From positions 1,504,001-1,568,000 of the forward strand of contig CAWGJT010000005.1 of assembly GCA_963822965.1 (NCBI GenBank): DNA of 64,000 nt. The letters run 5' to 3'. The stretch's first letter is position 1. The number at the start of each line of letters is the position of its first letter. The notes beneath the pieces are model-generated. The model was given only the letters and a program-made list of their open reading frames with translations. It searched no databases and had not been told where the DNA came from. The translations under genes were made by a program, and so were the position numbers. This stretch comes from an uncultured delta proteobacterium (GTDB taxonomy: Bacteria; Myxococcota_A; UBA9160; UBA4427). Below, in pieces: positions 18,817 through 34,470 of this stretch.

Positions 18817-20448
18817 TCAGGGGCGGGTCCCCGGGGTCAACGCCGGGGCCCCATCGGGCCCCGGCGGGTAGGGAAAGAGCTCCCTCGCGTCGTGCGCGCG
18901 CCCGTAGGCGTCGCGATAGACGGCGTGGTGGCGCTCGAACTGGGTCGGCGATCGCAGCCCGGCCGCGGCGGCGAGCGAGGTCAACGCCGCGCGCAGGGTG
19001 AGCACGTAGTTGAGCACCCGCCACTTCTTCTCGTCGACCACCAGGGCCTGCATCAGATCCTCGTCGGTCGTGGCGACGCCCACCGGGCACTCGTTGCTGT
19101 GGCAGCGCTGGGCCTGGATGCATCCCACCGAGATCATCAGCCCGCGGGCCGTGGCGACCGCGTCGGCGCCCAGGGCCAGGGCCACCGCGATGCGGTCGGC
19201 GGAAGTGAGCTTTCCGGAGGCGAAGACCCGGACCCGGTCGCGGACTCCGTGCCGCCGCAGGGCGTCGTCCGCTTCCACGATCGCGGACTGCACCGGCAGG
19301 CCCATGCTGTCCGCCATCTCCTGGAAGGTGGCGCCGGAGCCGCCCTCGCCGCCGTCCACGGTGACCCAGTCCGGTCCGTCCCCGCGCCGGAGCATGGCGG
19401 CGGCGATCTCGTCCAGGGAGCCGGGACCGCCCATCACCAGCTTGATGCCCACCGGCTTTCCGCCCTCCTCGCGCATGCGGGCCACGTGGTCCAATGCCTC
19501 GTCCACGGAGCGCAGCATCGGGAAGCGGTTCGGCGAGTCGATGGACTGGCCCACCGGCACGCCCCGGATGCGCGCGATCTCGGCGTTGACCTTGTTGCCC
19601 TCGACGTGGCCGCCCCGAAGCTTGGCTCCCTGGTGGAACTTGAGCTCGAAGCCGCAGACCTCGCGCACCTGGGACTGGCGACGGAAGGTGTCCCAGCACC
19701 ACTCCCCCGCCGCGTTCCGGACGCCGAACAGGCCGGGTCCGATCTGGAAGACGACGTCGCCACCACCCACCAGGTGATGCTCCGAGAGACCGCCCTCGCC
19801 GGTGTTGAGCCAGCTGCCACCGACCATGGAGAGACCCTGGGAGTAAGCCTGGATTGCATTGCGGCCCATGGCGCCGTAGGACATGGCGCTCATGCCGATC
19901 AGGCCCCGGAGCAGCCACGGCTGCGGGAGGTCGGCGCCGATGTGCAGGGCGAACTCGTCGTTCAGCAGCCACGGCGACACCTCGACCTCGGACATCTTCT
20001 CCTTGCGGGAGAACAGCCCTTCGCGGTCGATCACGTATCGCCGGGTCGTGAAGCGGGGCTCCTCGAGGACCCCCATGTCCTCCATCTGGGTGGGGAAGGT
20101 CGCATTGCGCAGGTACCAGCCGGGCACTTCGAAGTCCCGCTTCGAGCCGAAGGAGATCAGGGTCTTCATGTACTTGCCGGCGTACACGATCGAGCGATAG
20201 CCCTCCCGCGTGAACGGCTTGCCCTCGAGATCGCCGTCGAAGAGGTACTGGCGGAACTCCGGCCCCACGTGCTCCAGCAGGTACCGGAGGCGCCCCAGGA
20301 TCGGGAAGTTTCGCAGCACCGCGTGCTGCGACTGCCGCCGGTCCGACAGGTAGAGCAGGCCGAACAGCACCGGCGGCCCCATGAACATCAACAGCAGCAC
20401 CACGAAGATCGCGATGACGACGAAGTGCATCATCCAGTCGAACTGCAT
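18817..20448 (-). CDS. FMN-binding glutamate synthase family protein with N-terminal TM segment
   Basis: SAMSYGA, NTGEGG, FELKFHQGAK, VDGGEGGSG and Cys cluster CIQAQRCHSNECPVGV. Start estimated at MQFDW after GAGGGG. Confidence 0.9.
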   Translation of the reverse strand: MQFDWMMHFVVIAIFVVLLLMFMGPPVLFGLLYLSDRRQSQHAVLRNFPILGRLRYLLEHVGPEFRQYLFDGDLEGKPFTREGYRSIVYAGKYMKTLISFGSKRDFEVPGWYLRNATFPTQMEDMGVLEEPRFTTRRYVIDREGLFSRKEKMSEVEVSPWLLNDEFALHIGADLPQPWLLRGLIGMSAMSYGAMGRNAIQAYSQGLSMVGGSWLNTGEGGLSEHHLVGGGDVVFQIGPGLFGVRNAAGEWCWDTFRRQSQVREVCGFELKFHQGAKLRGGHVEGNKVNAEIARIRGVPVGQSIDSPNRFPMLRSVDEALDHVARMREEGGKPVGIKLVMGGPGSLDEIAAAMLRRGDGPDWVTVDGGEGGSGATFQEMADSMGLPVQSAIVEADDALRRHGVRDRVRVFASGKLTSADRIAVALALGADAVATARGLMISVGCIQAQRCHSNECPVGVATTDEDLMQALVVDEKKWRVLNYVLTLRAALTSLAAAAGLRSPTQFERHHAVYRDAYGRAHDARELFPYPPGPDGAPALTPGTRP

Positions 20449-20699
20449 GCCGAACCCCTCCCCGCGCCCGCCGACGCGGACCACGCCCCTGCAGAGCCGC
20501 CCGTATTGAAGCCGAGGAGGTGGACCGCGTCCCCCGGTTCTCTCCCGGGCCCCACCCGAAATCGTCCCAGCACCGGTGCCGGCCAGAACCACGAGGCCCG
20601 CTCGCTCCGAATCCCCTGGGGACCGGCGTACGAAGGAGCACATCGAACCCGCTCCGGGACGGGGCAGAACCCCCTCAAGCCCGACACGGCGCCGCCAAC

Positions 20700-21178
20700 G
20701 AGACCAGCCTCGCGAACGTGTCGACGGCCATCTACGCCCCGGGTGTGACCGCCGACTACAGCGTGTGCTGATGCGGATCGTGCTCGACGTCGCACAGACC
20801 GGTCTCTACGAGTTCCAGGTCGGGGTCGACTGGGGCCGAGGCGGCGTGGCCGCAGTGGTCGACAACTCGAACGGCCAGGTGATCAGCGAGTACGTGCGCA
20901 CCGACGGTCTGTGGTGGGCGAACGACTGGAACAACCCCGACGTATTCACCACGCAGATCACCCTCGACCAGGGCGAGTCCTACACACTGGATTGGATCGG
21001 GTTCGAGGACTGCTGCGCGGGGGCGAGCACGATCCGATTCTCGTACAACGGCGGCGCCTACCAGCCCCTCGACGACGCCACCATCGCGCCCTACGCCGCC
21101 GTACCCGAGCCGGCCTCCTTCCCGCTGGTCGCGCTCGGCCTCTGCGCCCTGCGCGGACGTCGTTCCCCACGCGCCTGA
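20700..21178 (+). pseudogene. Truncated/frameshifted PEP-CTERM protein (CCxG-type)
   Basis: C-terminal VPEPASFPLVALGLCALRGRR and GFEDCCAG. Upstream coding-like segment (ETSLANVSTAIYAPGVTADYS) is in another frame across GTGTG at ~20763. No signal peptide. Confidence 0.65.
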
Positions 21179-21304
21179 CAGGCCCTGCGGCGGCCGCGCA
21201 CCGCCTCTCGAACCCGGGAATGGCACCCATCCGAGGGACCCGATTGGTCCTTTCGAGGACGCTTCGGCTCCCATAGCCTCGAGATCCTGCCGAGGACGGG
21301 TCGC

Positions 21305-21757
21305 ATGCGTGAGCCGACGAGTGGAAGCCAGCAGCAGGGGACAGCGAGCCGCTGGACGATCGGGCTCTACGCGCTGGCGGCCCTGAATCTCGCCAACGGC
21401 GTCTGGATGCTGTGGAACCCGGCCCTCTGGTACCGGGACCTTCCGGCGGGAGTGCCCGACTTCGGCCCCCTGAACGAGCACTTCGTGCGCGACATCGGCG
21501 CCGTGTTCCTCACACTGGCGGCGGCGCTCGCCTGGGCGGCGCGACGCGAGTCGTACCGTCTGCCCCTGGTCGCCGTCACGTGCCTCTTCTACCTGCTGCA
21601 CGCCGCGGGCCACGTCTTCGACACGGCCCGGGGATTCGTGGACGCGCATCACTGGTGGCTCGACGTTCCCGGCGTCTACGGACCCGCGCTGCTGCTGCTG
21701 GTGCTCACCGTCCTCCTCGCGCGCCCGAGACTCCGAGGCGGAATCGAAAGGAGCTGA
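21305..21757 (+). CDS. Small 4-TM membrane protein
   Basis: Hydrophobic helices and GPLNEHFVRDIG motif. Lies 1 nt upstream of the CMD gene. Confidence 0.8.
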   Translation: MREPTSGSQQQGTASRWTIGLYALAALNLANGVWMLWNPALWYRDLPAGVPDFGPLNEHFVRDIGAVFLTLAAALAWAARRESYRLPLVAVTCLFYLLHAAGHVFDTARGFVDAHHWWLDVPGVYGPALLLLVLTVLLARPRLRGGIERS

Positions 21758-21758
21758 G

Positions 21759-22325
21759 ATGAGACTCGAGCCGATCGAAGAGCCCCGAGGCCTGTTGAAC
21801 CGCATTGCGTACTGGATGTCGCGCCGACAGTTCGGAAAGGTGCCGTCCGTGATCAAGGTGGTCTATGCGAGGTCCCGCGCGCTGGGCATTCTCGGATACC
21901 GGATCCAGCGCTTCAGCGAGAAGGGCACCTGCCTCGACCCGGGTCTCCGGCTGCTGATCCAGACCGCGGTCGCCGAAGCGGCGGGCTGCGGCTTCTGCAT
22001 CGACATCGGTCGTGCCATCGCGGTGCAGAAGGACCTCGGGCTCGACAAGTTCGACGCCATCTCCGAGTGGCGCACCCACCCGCTCTTCAGCGAGCGCGAG
22101 CGGGCCGCCATCGCCTACGCGCGGGAGGCGGCCCTCGACTGCCGGGTCTCGGACGAGACCTTCGCGCGGCTGCGCTTGCACTTCGACGATCGCGAGATCA
22201 TCGACGTCGCCGCGATGGCGGCGATCGAGCGCTTCTACAACGGGCTCGCCATCCCCCTCGGCCTGGAAGGGGACGGTCTGTGCGCGCTCAAGCTGCGAGG
22301 CGCCACCCGCGCCGCCGCCGCCTGA
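21759..22325 (+). CDS. Carboxymuconolactone decarboxylase/AhpD family protein
   Basis: GCGFCIDI CxxC motif, FSERERAAIAYA and V.DE.FARLRLHF motifs. Confidence 0.85.
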   Translation: MRLEPIEEPRGLLNRIAYWMSRRQFGKVPSVIKVVYARSRALGILGYRIQRFSEKGTCLDPGLRLLIQTAVAEAAGCGFCIDIGRAIAVQKDLGLDKFDAISEWRTHPLFSERERAAIAYAREAALDCRVSDETFARLRLHFDDREIIDVAAMAAIERFYNGLAIPLGLEGDGLCALKLRGATRAAAA

Positions 22326-22426
22326 GACGCCCGAGACCCCCGAACCGCCTGCGGGTATCCTGCTGCCATGGAAGTCGGGACCCGCCGATCCGATTCGTGG
22401 GCGAGACGGCCCGCGCGGAGGACCGC

Positions 22427-23395
22427 GTGAGCGGGCTGTACCCGGCCACCCGACCCGACGAGCACGGCATGCTCGACGTGGGTGACGGCCACCTCGTCTA
22501 CTGGGAGACGTGCGGCGATCCCCGGGGCAAGCCCGCGCTGGTCCTGCACGGAGGCCCCGGCTCGGGCTGTACGGCGTGGCACCGCCGGCTCTTCGATCCC
22601 GACGCCTGGCGCGTCGTCCTCTTCGACCAGCGCAGCTGCGGGCGCAGCACGCCCCACGCGAGCACACCCGACGTCGACCTCGCGAGCAACACCACCCCGC
22701 ACCTGATCGCCGACATCGAACGGCTGCGCGAGCACCTGGCCATCGAACGCTGGCTGCTGCTGGCCGGCTCCTGGGGCAGCACGCTGGCGCTCGCCTACGC
22801 GGAAGGCCATCCCCGCCGCGTGACCGAGATGATCCTGTTCGGCGTCACCGCCGGGCTGCACGAGGAGATGGAGCGGGTGTTCGGCGGCGGGCTGGCGACG
22901 CACTTCCCAGAGGCCTGGGCCCGACTGCGTGCCGCGCTTCCGGCCGCGCGACGGGACGCCGACGTAGCGGCCGCCTGCAACGATCGGCTCTTCGATCCCG
23001 ATCCCGCGGTGCGCGAGGCCGCGGCCTACGAGTGGTGCCTGTGGGAATCGGCGAGCCCCACGTGGCCCCCGACGACCGGGCTGCTGCCGCGCTTTCGCGA
23101 TCCGCGGTACGCGCTGGCGTTCGCGCGCATCGTCACCCACTACGCCCGGCATCGAGCCTGGCTCGAGGATGGAGCCCTGCTACGCGGCGCGGACGCCCTG
23201 GCGCACGTTCCCGCGATCCTGATCAACGGCCGCCACGACCTCCAGACCTGCGGCGCTGCGGAGAAGCTCGCGCGACGCTGGCCCCTCGCGCAGCTGAGGA
23301 TCGTCGAGGACGCCGGACACGCCGCCGCCGACGCGGGCATCACCCGCGAGCTGGTGCGCGCGACCGACCGCTTCCGGGCCGGGCGGAGGTCATGA
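22427..23395 (+). CDS. pip: Prolyl aminopeptidase
   Basis: LHGGPGSG, FDQR.CGRS.P, GSWGS nucleophile, GRHD and DAGH motifs. GGAGGA SD precedes GTG 22427. Confidence 0.9.
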   Translation: MSGLYPATRPDEHGMLDVGDGHLVYWETCGDPRGKPALVLHGGPGSGCTAWHRRLFDPDAWRVVLFDQRSCGRSTPHASTPDVDLASNTTPHLIADIERLREHLAIERWLLLAGSWGSTLALAYAEGHPRRVTEMILFGVTAGLHEEMERVFGGGLATHFPEAWARLRAALPAARRDADVAAACNDRLFDPDPAVREAAAYEWCLWESASPTWPPTTGLLPRFRDPRYALAFARIVTHYARHRAWLEDGALLRGADALAHVPAILINGRHDLQTCGAAEKLARRWPLAQLRIVEDAGHAAADAGITRELVRATDRFRAGRRS

Positions 23396-24082
23396 GCCGG
23401 GCGCCGGCGACCACTCGAGGCGCTCGAAGAGCTCCACCAGGCGTTCGGCGAGCTTCTCGCCGGTGCGGCGGGCATCTCCCGACAGGGGACCCGTGAGCTC
23501 GCCCACTCCCTTGAAGGCGGCGTTGATGAGCAGACCGATCTCCGAGGCCAGTCCGATCGGCACGATGAGCCCGGGCATCCTCGATCCGTTGGCGGCGATC
23601 CGACAGTCGAAGAGGGGCTGCTCCGCACCGTCCTGGTCGAGCGCGACCGCCACCTGCGAGCGGATGTGCGAGGCACCCAATCCGAATCCGATCAGGACCC
23701 GACCCAGGACGTTTCCGTCGTCGATCTCGTCGAAGCGTCCCGTCACCAGAACGGCCGGCTGCACGTTCGAGCGGGCATCCACTTGGGGAGCAGGCTCCGC
23801 CGGATAGCCCGACTTCCGCAGGCTCTCCACCGCCGCCTTCGCGACCGCGTGTACGACCTCGGTCGCGACCTCGCGCTCGTCGGCATCCGCCTCCATCGCC
23901 GCGGGAATCGCGAAGTCTTCGATCCACACGACACCCGGCTGCGGGTCGAGGGCAGTCCGGGACCGGAGATTCGGGTCGTTCACCCGGGCGGATGCGCAGG
24001 CGGTGAGGGAGGCGAACGCCAGCAGCAGGGCGAGCGCGATTCCCGGCCGTCGACGCAGGCTTCGCCTTCGATGGATCGACAT
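23390..24082 (-). CDS. Lipoprotein, DUF4410-like
   Basis: Arg-rich n-region, lipobox LTAC, and IDDGN...RVLIGFGLGAS motif. Confidence 0.7.
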   Translation of the reverse strand: MSIHRRRSLRRRPGIALALLLAFASLTACASARVNDPNLRSRTALDPQPGVVWIEDFAIPAAMEADADEREVATEVVHAVAKAAVESLRKSGYPAEPAPQVDARSNVQPAVLVTGRFDEIDDGNVLGRVLIGFGLGASHIRSQVAVALDQDGAEQPLFDCRIAANGSRMPGLIVPIGLASEIGLLINAAFKGVGELTGPLSGDARRTGEKLAERLVELFERLEWSPAPGS

Positions 24083-24480
24083 GCAGCGGGCCCCCATCGT
24101 TAGGTCCCGGGACGGTATCGCGCCTTGGGTCTCGCGGCCTCCGAGCGGGAGGGGGCGAGAGGGGTGCCGGACGGGCAGCACACGGTTCGGGACGTTCGAC
24201 AGGGGAGGGGCAGAAAGCCGCGCCTCCACCGCCGATGGCCCCTTCCGGAAGGCCGGTCGAACGGGCCTTTTCCCCGCAGATGGCCTATGCTCTGTGTCGC
24301 TACGAAACGCCGCTGCACGATTTCCTTCCGAGTCAACTCTCAGTCGCCAGTCGCTCCAGCTTCGCTTCGAAGCAGTCCCACCGGGCGCGTCGCCCGCCGG
24401 ACGTATCCCGGGCATCCGCGGAACCTCCCGCCGGTGTCTTTGATTCGGCCCGAGCACCGCTCGGGCCTGGAGCTCGACTC

Positions 24481-24783
24481 GTGAAGAAGATCTATGTTGG
24501 CAACCTTTCCTTCGACACCACGGAATCATCCCTGCGCGCGGCCTTCGAGGCCTTCGGCAAGGTGCACTCCGCGGCGGTCGTGAACGACCGCGAGACCGGC
24601 CGCTCCCGAGGCTTCGGCTTCGTGGAGATGGACGACGAGGATGCGGCGAAGGCCATCCAGAGCCTCGACGGCAAGGACCTCGACGGCCGCGCCCTGCGCG
24701 TGAACGAGGCGCAGGAGAAGCCGCGCACCGCGCGAAGCGGTGGTGGCGGTGGTGGCGGCGGCGGCCGCGGCGGCCGCTGGTAA
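24481..24783 (+). CDS. RRM (RNP-1) RNA-binding protein with Gly-rich tail
   Basis: RNP2 IYVGNLSF, RNP1 RGFGFVEM, LRVNEA and poly-Gly tail. Confidence 0.95.
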   Translation: MKKIYVGNLSFDTTESSLRAAFEAFGKVHSAAVVNDRETGRSRGFGFVEMDDEDAAKAIQSLDGKDLDGRALRVNEAQEKPRTARSGGGGGGGGGRGGRW

Positions 24784-24798
24784 AACGAGCCAGAACGC

Positions 24799-24835
24799 CG
24801 AGCCGGGAGCCCCGCTCGGCGCGGCTCCCGGCTCG
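24799..24835 (+). terminator. Stem-loop downstream of the RRM gene
   Basis: 13-bp perfect inverted repeat CGAGCCGGGAGCC/GGCTCCCGGCTCG followed by CCTCTTC (weak U-tract). Confidence 0.5.
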
Positions 24836-24865
24836 CCTCTTCGCGTACTCCCTGGAGGATCCCCC

Positions 24866-25318
24866 ATGTCCGACGTACGCGTCTTTGCTTCGTTCGATCT
24901 CGAGCACGACGGCGATCTCTGGGCCGTCCTGCTCGAGCAGTCCCGTCAGACGGGCTCCGGCTTCCGGATCTCCGCGCATTCCGAACCACGCCAGATGAGC
25001 GACCTGTGGGAGCAGCGGCAGCGCGAACAGATCCGCGACGCGGACGAGGTGATCGTCCTGTGCGGCGCGCACACGGCCGACTGCATGCGCATGAGCGCGG
25101 AGCTCCGGCTCGTCCAGGAAGAGGAGAAGCCCTACTTCCTCGTCTGGGGTCGACGCGAGGTCATGTGCACCCGACCTACCGGCGCGCACCCCCACGACAG
25201 CATGTACAGCTGGACGCCTTCGATCCTGCGCGCCCAGATCGCCTACGCGCTGCGAAAGGACCGGCCGAGCGAGGCCCTGGCCAGCTTCAAGCGAAGCCTG
25301 GCCCTGCCCACCCCCTGA
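24866..25318 (+). CDS. TIR-like (ThsB/MTH538 DUF1863-like) domain protein
   Basis: RVFASFDLEHD, IRDADEVIVLCG..T, SAEL (TIR catalytic Glu position), KPYFLVWGR and YSWT motifs. GGAGG SD present. Confidence 0.7.
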   Translation: MSDVRVFASFDLEHDGDLWAVLLEQSRQTGSGFRISAHSEPRQMSDLWEQRQREQIRDADEVIVLCGAHTADCMRMSAELRLVQEEEKPYFLVWGRREVMCTRPTGAHPHDSMYSWTPSILRAQIAYALRKDRPSEALASFKRSLALPTP

Positions 25319-25371
25319 GTCCAGGCAGCACCTTCCTGCGCAGAACGAGTGCAGCGGCTAGCATTCCGGCC

Positions 25372-25983
25372 GTGCGGCGGTCGGCCCCTTCAACGTTGCT
25401 GGCTCACCTGCTGCCCCTGCTGGCGCTCCTGTTGGCGGGGAGCGCGCAGGCCCACTCCCAGGCCTCGGAGTCGGGCGGGGGGTTCGTCACCGGCTTCCTG
25501 CATCCCCTGAGCGGGCTCGACCACGTGCTCGCCATGCTGGCCGTGGGCATGTGGGGCGCCCAGCTGGGCGCCCCCGCCATCTGGGTGCTTCCGGTCGCGT
25601 TTCCCCTGGTCATGTCCCTGGGTGGGGTCGCCGGCATCCTCGGACTGCCCCTGCCCTCCGTCGAGGTGGGAATCATCGTCTCGGTGGTCGTGCTGGGCGC
25701 GATGATCGCGCTGGATCGGCGCCCTCCCCTGCTCGTGGCCGGAACCCTCGTGGCGTTCTTCGCCATCTTCCACGGCTACGCCCACGGCCTCGAGCTGCCG
25801 GCCCAGGCCGCCGCCGTGGCCTACAGCGCCGGGTTCGTGATCGCCACCGGTCTCATCCACCTGAGCGGCATCGGGATCGGCTTCGTGACGGAGCTGGATC
25901 ACGGCGCGCGAATCCTGCGCGCGGGAGGAACCGCCATCTCGCTCGCCGGCCTGTTCCTCGGCTGGCAGCTGTTCGTCTCCTGA
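25372..25983 (+). CDS. HupE/UreJ family Ni/Co transporter (start approximate)
   Basis: AQAH signal end, GFLHPLSGLDHVLAM, FHGYAHG.E and GLIHL motifs. Confidence 0.9.
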   Translation: MRRSAPSTLLAHLLPLLALLLAGSAQAHSQASESGGGFVTGFLHPLSGLDHVLAMLAVGMWGAQLGAPAIWVLPVAFPLVMSLGGVAGILGLPLPSVEVGIIVSVVVLGAMIALDRRPPLLVAGTLVAFFAIFHGYAHGLELPAQAAAVAYSAGFVIATGLIHLSGIGIGFVTELDHGARILRAGGTAISLAGLFLGWQLFVS

Positions 25984-26002
25984 CGCTGCGAGGAACCTCG
26001 AC

Positions 26003-26617
26003 TTGTCCCTGATGCGGCGTCGGGTGATGGGTGGCGCCGTGCTCGCCGCCCTGTTGCTGGTCGCGTCTCCCGCCTCGGCGCATGGCTCCGCGAGCCTGGG
26101 CGACTTCTATGCGGGGCTGTCCCAGCCCCTCTACCACCTCGAGTCCCTGCTCCTCCTGCTGGCCCTCGGACTGTGGGTGGGCCAGCGCGCCGAGCGGGAG
26201 CAGCTCGCCGGCTTCGTCGCCTTCGTGGCCGCGAGCCTCGTCGGCGCGGCCGCGAGCCTCCTGGGCGTGACGACGCCCGCAGCGCTGTGGGGGGTCCGGC
26301 TGGGCACCATCGCCCTGGGCCTGCTCACCGCCGCCCGCTGGTTCCCGCCCATGTGGCTCGCCGTCGCGCTGGGCGCCGTGCTGGGTGCCGCCCAGGGGAG
26401 CTTCGGGGCGGGAGGCGACCGCAGCGAGATCGCGCGACCGCTGGTCTTCACCATCGGACTGGGCCTCGCTCCCCTGCTGGTCGCGAGCTGGTTCGTGGCC
26501 CTGGCGGATCGCTTTCGCGCTCGCTGGATGGAGATCGGCTTCCGCGTCGTGGCGAGCTGGATCGCAACCATCGCGCTGCTCGTGGCCGCTCTGGCCGCCG
26601 CCCGGCCGACCCCCTGA
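26003..26617 (+). CDS. Divergent HupE/UreJ paralogue
   Basis: ASAHG..GDFYAGLSQP with similar TM topology and C-terminal RVVASWIA. Canonical His motifs are lost. Confidence 0.7.
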   Translation: MSLMRRRVMGGAVLAALLLVASPASAHGSASLGDFYAGLSQPLYHLESLLLLLALGLWVGQRAEREQLAGFVAFVAASLVGAAASLLGVTTPAALWGVRLGTIALGLLTAARWFPPMWLAVALGAVLGAAQGSFGAGGDRSEIARPLVFTIGLGLAPLLVASWFVALADRFRARWMEIGFRVVASWIATIALLVAALAAARPTP

Positions 26618-26914
26618 GCGCCCCACCGGCGGGCTGCAGGCACCACGCCACGCGAACGCGTAGCGACGAGCGAGGCCCCCGCGCGGCGGTCGCCGGAATT
26701 CCTGCCTCGTTCTACGCCATGCATGCTGGTAAGCTGTTCAATCAGGGGCCCCAAGGAGGTGTCCCCCACGGGAGCCTTGGCGCCGTCCGGCGCTGCTCCC
26801 GAACCAGCAGCGGGACGCGGCCTCGGCTGCACGACCCGGCTGCGGCGTTTTGTAGAACCGGGACCAGCGCTTCGCAGCCGGTGCGCGCCAGAGGCGTCCC
26901 GCGGACCCGCCGCC

Positions 26915-26930
26915 CGGACCGGATCTTGCA
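26915..26930 (+). promoter_or_regulatory. Candidate sigma54 promoter of the glgE-malQ operon
   Basis: CGGACCG-GATC-TTGCA (GG-N10-GC) upstream of the GGAGG SD at 26977. TTGTAGAACC motif at 26850-26859. Confidence 0.5.
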
Positions 26931-27040
26931 GGATTCGGCGGGCGGGGCGGCGCAGGCGGCCGCGTGGGCGCCCGAGGGAGGACGCGATCCGACCGATCGA
27001 ATCCAGCAAGCCGGCAGCAGACGCGCCGGGCCAGAGCCCG

Positions 27041-29040
<2,000 letters not shown>

Positions 29041-29044
<4 letters not shown>

Positions 29045-29113
29045 CCGCAGAGGCGGCACGACCCATGACCGCAGAGGCGGCACGACCCATGAACCGCAGA
29101 AACGGTGCCGACG
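29041..29113 (+). repeat. 24-nt tandem repeat, each unit beginning with ATG, at the treS 5' end
   Basis: ATGACCGCAGAGGCGGCACGACCC x2 plus a 25-nt degenerate third copy. Confidence 0.85.
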
Positions 29114-32511
<3,398 letters not shown>

Positions 32512-32519
<8 letters not shown>

Positions 32520-34470
32520 ACGCACCATCAAGAAGGACGCACACGTCCCCTGGCTCGGGGACCACGACCTGCACCTCTTCAACGAGGGGACCCACACGCG
32601 CCTCTACGAGAAGCTCGGCGCGCATCCCACGACGCGCGACGGGGATGCCGGCACGCACTTCGCCGTTTGGGCGCCGAACGCCGAACGCGTCTCCGTGATC
32701 GGAGACTTCAACGACTGGAATCGAGACGCCAACCCGCTGCAGACCGTCGCCGCCTCCGGCATCTGGACGGGCTTCGTGCCGGGCGTCGCCGCGGGAAGCC
32801 GCTACAAGTACCGGATCCGATCGCGCCACGGCGGCTACGCGGTGGACAAGGCGGATCCCTTCGCGTTCCTCGCCGAAGCGCCGCCGCTCACGGCGTCCAC
32901 CGTCTGGCCCCTGGACTACGAGTGGATGGACAAGGAGTGGATGGAGTCCCGCGGCGGCCGCGCGGCGCGGGACGCCCCGATCTCCATCTACGAGGTGCAC
33001 CTCGGCTCCTGGAGACGGAAGGGCGACGGCTCGCTGCCCAGCTATCGCGAGATCGCGGAGCCCCTGGCCGAGTACGTCAGCGAGACGGGCTTCACCCACG
33101 TCGAGCTGCTGCCCCTGATGGAGCACCCCTTCTACGGCTCCTGGGGCTACCAGACCACCGGCTACTTCGCGCCGACCTCCCGCTACGGAACGCCCCAGGA
33201 CCTGATGTACCTGATCGACTGCCTGCACCAGAAGGGCGTCGGCGTGATCCTCGACTGGGTCCCCTCCCACTTCCCGAACGACGAGCACGGCCTCGGCTAC
33301 TTCGACGGCACCCACCTCTACGAGCACGAGGACCCTCGCCTGGGCTTCCATCCCGACTGGAACAGCCTCATCTTCAACTACGGGCGTCACGAGGTGCGCT
33401 CCTTCCTGCTGAGCAGCGCCCTCTTCTGGCTCGACCGCTACCACGCCGACGGCCTCCGCGTCGACGCCGTGGCCTCGATGCTCTACCTCGACTATTCCCG
33501 CAAGCCGGGCGAGTGGATCCCGAACGAGTTCGGCGGTCGCGAGAACCTGCGGGCCATCGACTTCCTGCGGCGCCTGAACACCGAGGTCTACGAGCGACAC
33601 CCGGACGTGCAGACCTTCGCGGAGGAATCCACCGCCTGGCCCATGGTGTCGCGTCCGACCTACCTGGGCGGGCTCGGCTTCGGCTACAAGTGGGACATGG
33701 GCTGGATGCACGACACGCTCCACTACCTCTCCCACGATCCCGTCCATCGCGTGCACCACCACAACGAGATCACCTTCCGCGCCGTCTACGCGTCGAACGA
33801 GAACTTCGTGATGCCGCTCTCCCACGACGAAGTCGTGCACGGCAAGGGCTCGCTCATCGGAAAGATGCCGGGCGACGAGTGGCAGAAGCGCGCGAACCTG
33901 CGCCTGCTCTTCGGCTACCTCCACGCACAGCCGGGCAAGAAGCTCCTCTTCATGGGCGGCGAGTTCGGGCAGTGGCAGGAGTGGAACCACGAGAAGGAGC
34001 TCGACTGGGACCTTCTCGACGTCCCGACGCACCAGGGCCTGCGGCGATGGGTACGCGACCTGAACACCACCTACCGCGCCGAGCCGGCCCTGCACGAGCT
34101 GGACTGCGAGCCCGAAGGCTTCCAGTGGATCGACTGCAACGACGCCGAGCAGAGCACCCTGGTCTTCCTGCGCCGCGCCCGCTCCCGCAACGAGGCCGTC
34201 ATCGCGGCCTTCAACTTCACGCCGGTGCCGCGCGCGAACTTCCGCATCGGGGTCCCGGGGCGCGGGAGCTGGAAGGAGCTCCTGAACAGCGACGCCCCGC
34301 TCTACGGGGGCAGCGGGCAGGGCAACCTCGGCGGCGTCGACCCGGTGCCCGTGGCCCACCACGGGCAACCCCAGTCGATCGTGATCACCCTGCCGCCCCT
34401 CGCGGCCGTGTTCTTCCGGGGAACCTACCCGGCGGCCGAAGGCGACCGGACCCGCGACGGGAGCGGCTGA
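32512..34470 (+). CDS. glgB: 1,4-alpha-glucan branching enzyme
   Basis: [35 protein letters not shown] and [10 protein letters not shown] motifs. Intact frame. Confidence 0.97.

Noticed and set aside
21221..21256. TGGCAC as a sigma54 site, and CCGAGGGACCC hairpin as a third REP copy
   Set aside because: There is no GC at the -12 position, and similarity to the element is too short.
24100..24480. Cold-shock-type structured leader for the RRM gene
   Set aside because: The region is long and hairpin-prone, but I could identify no recognisable conserved box or TSS.
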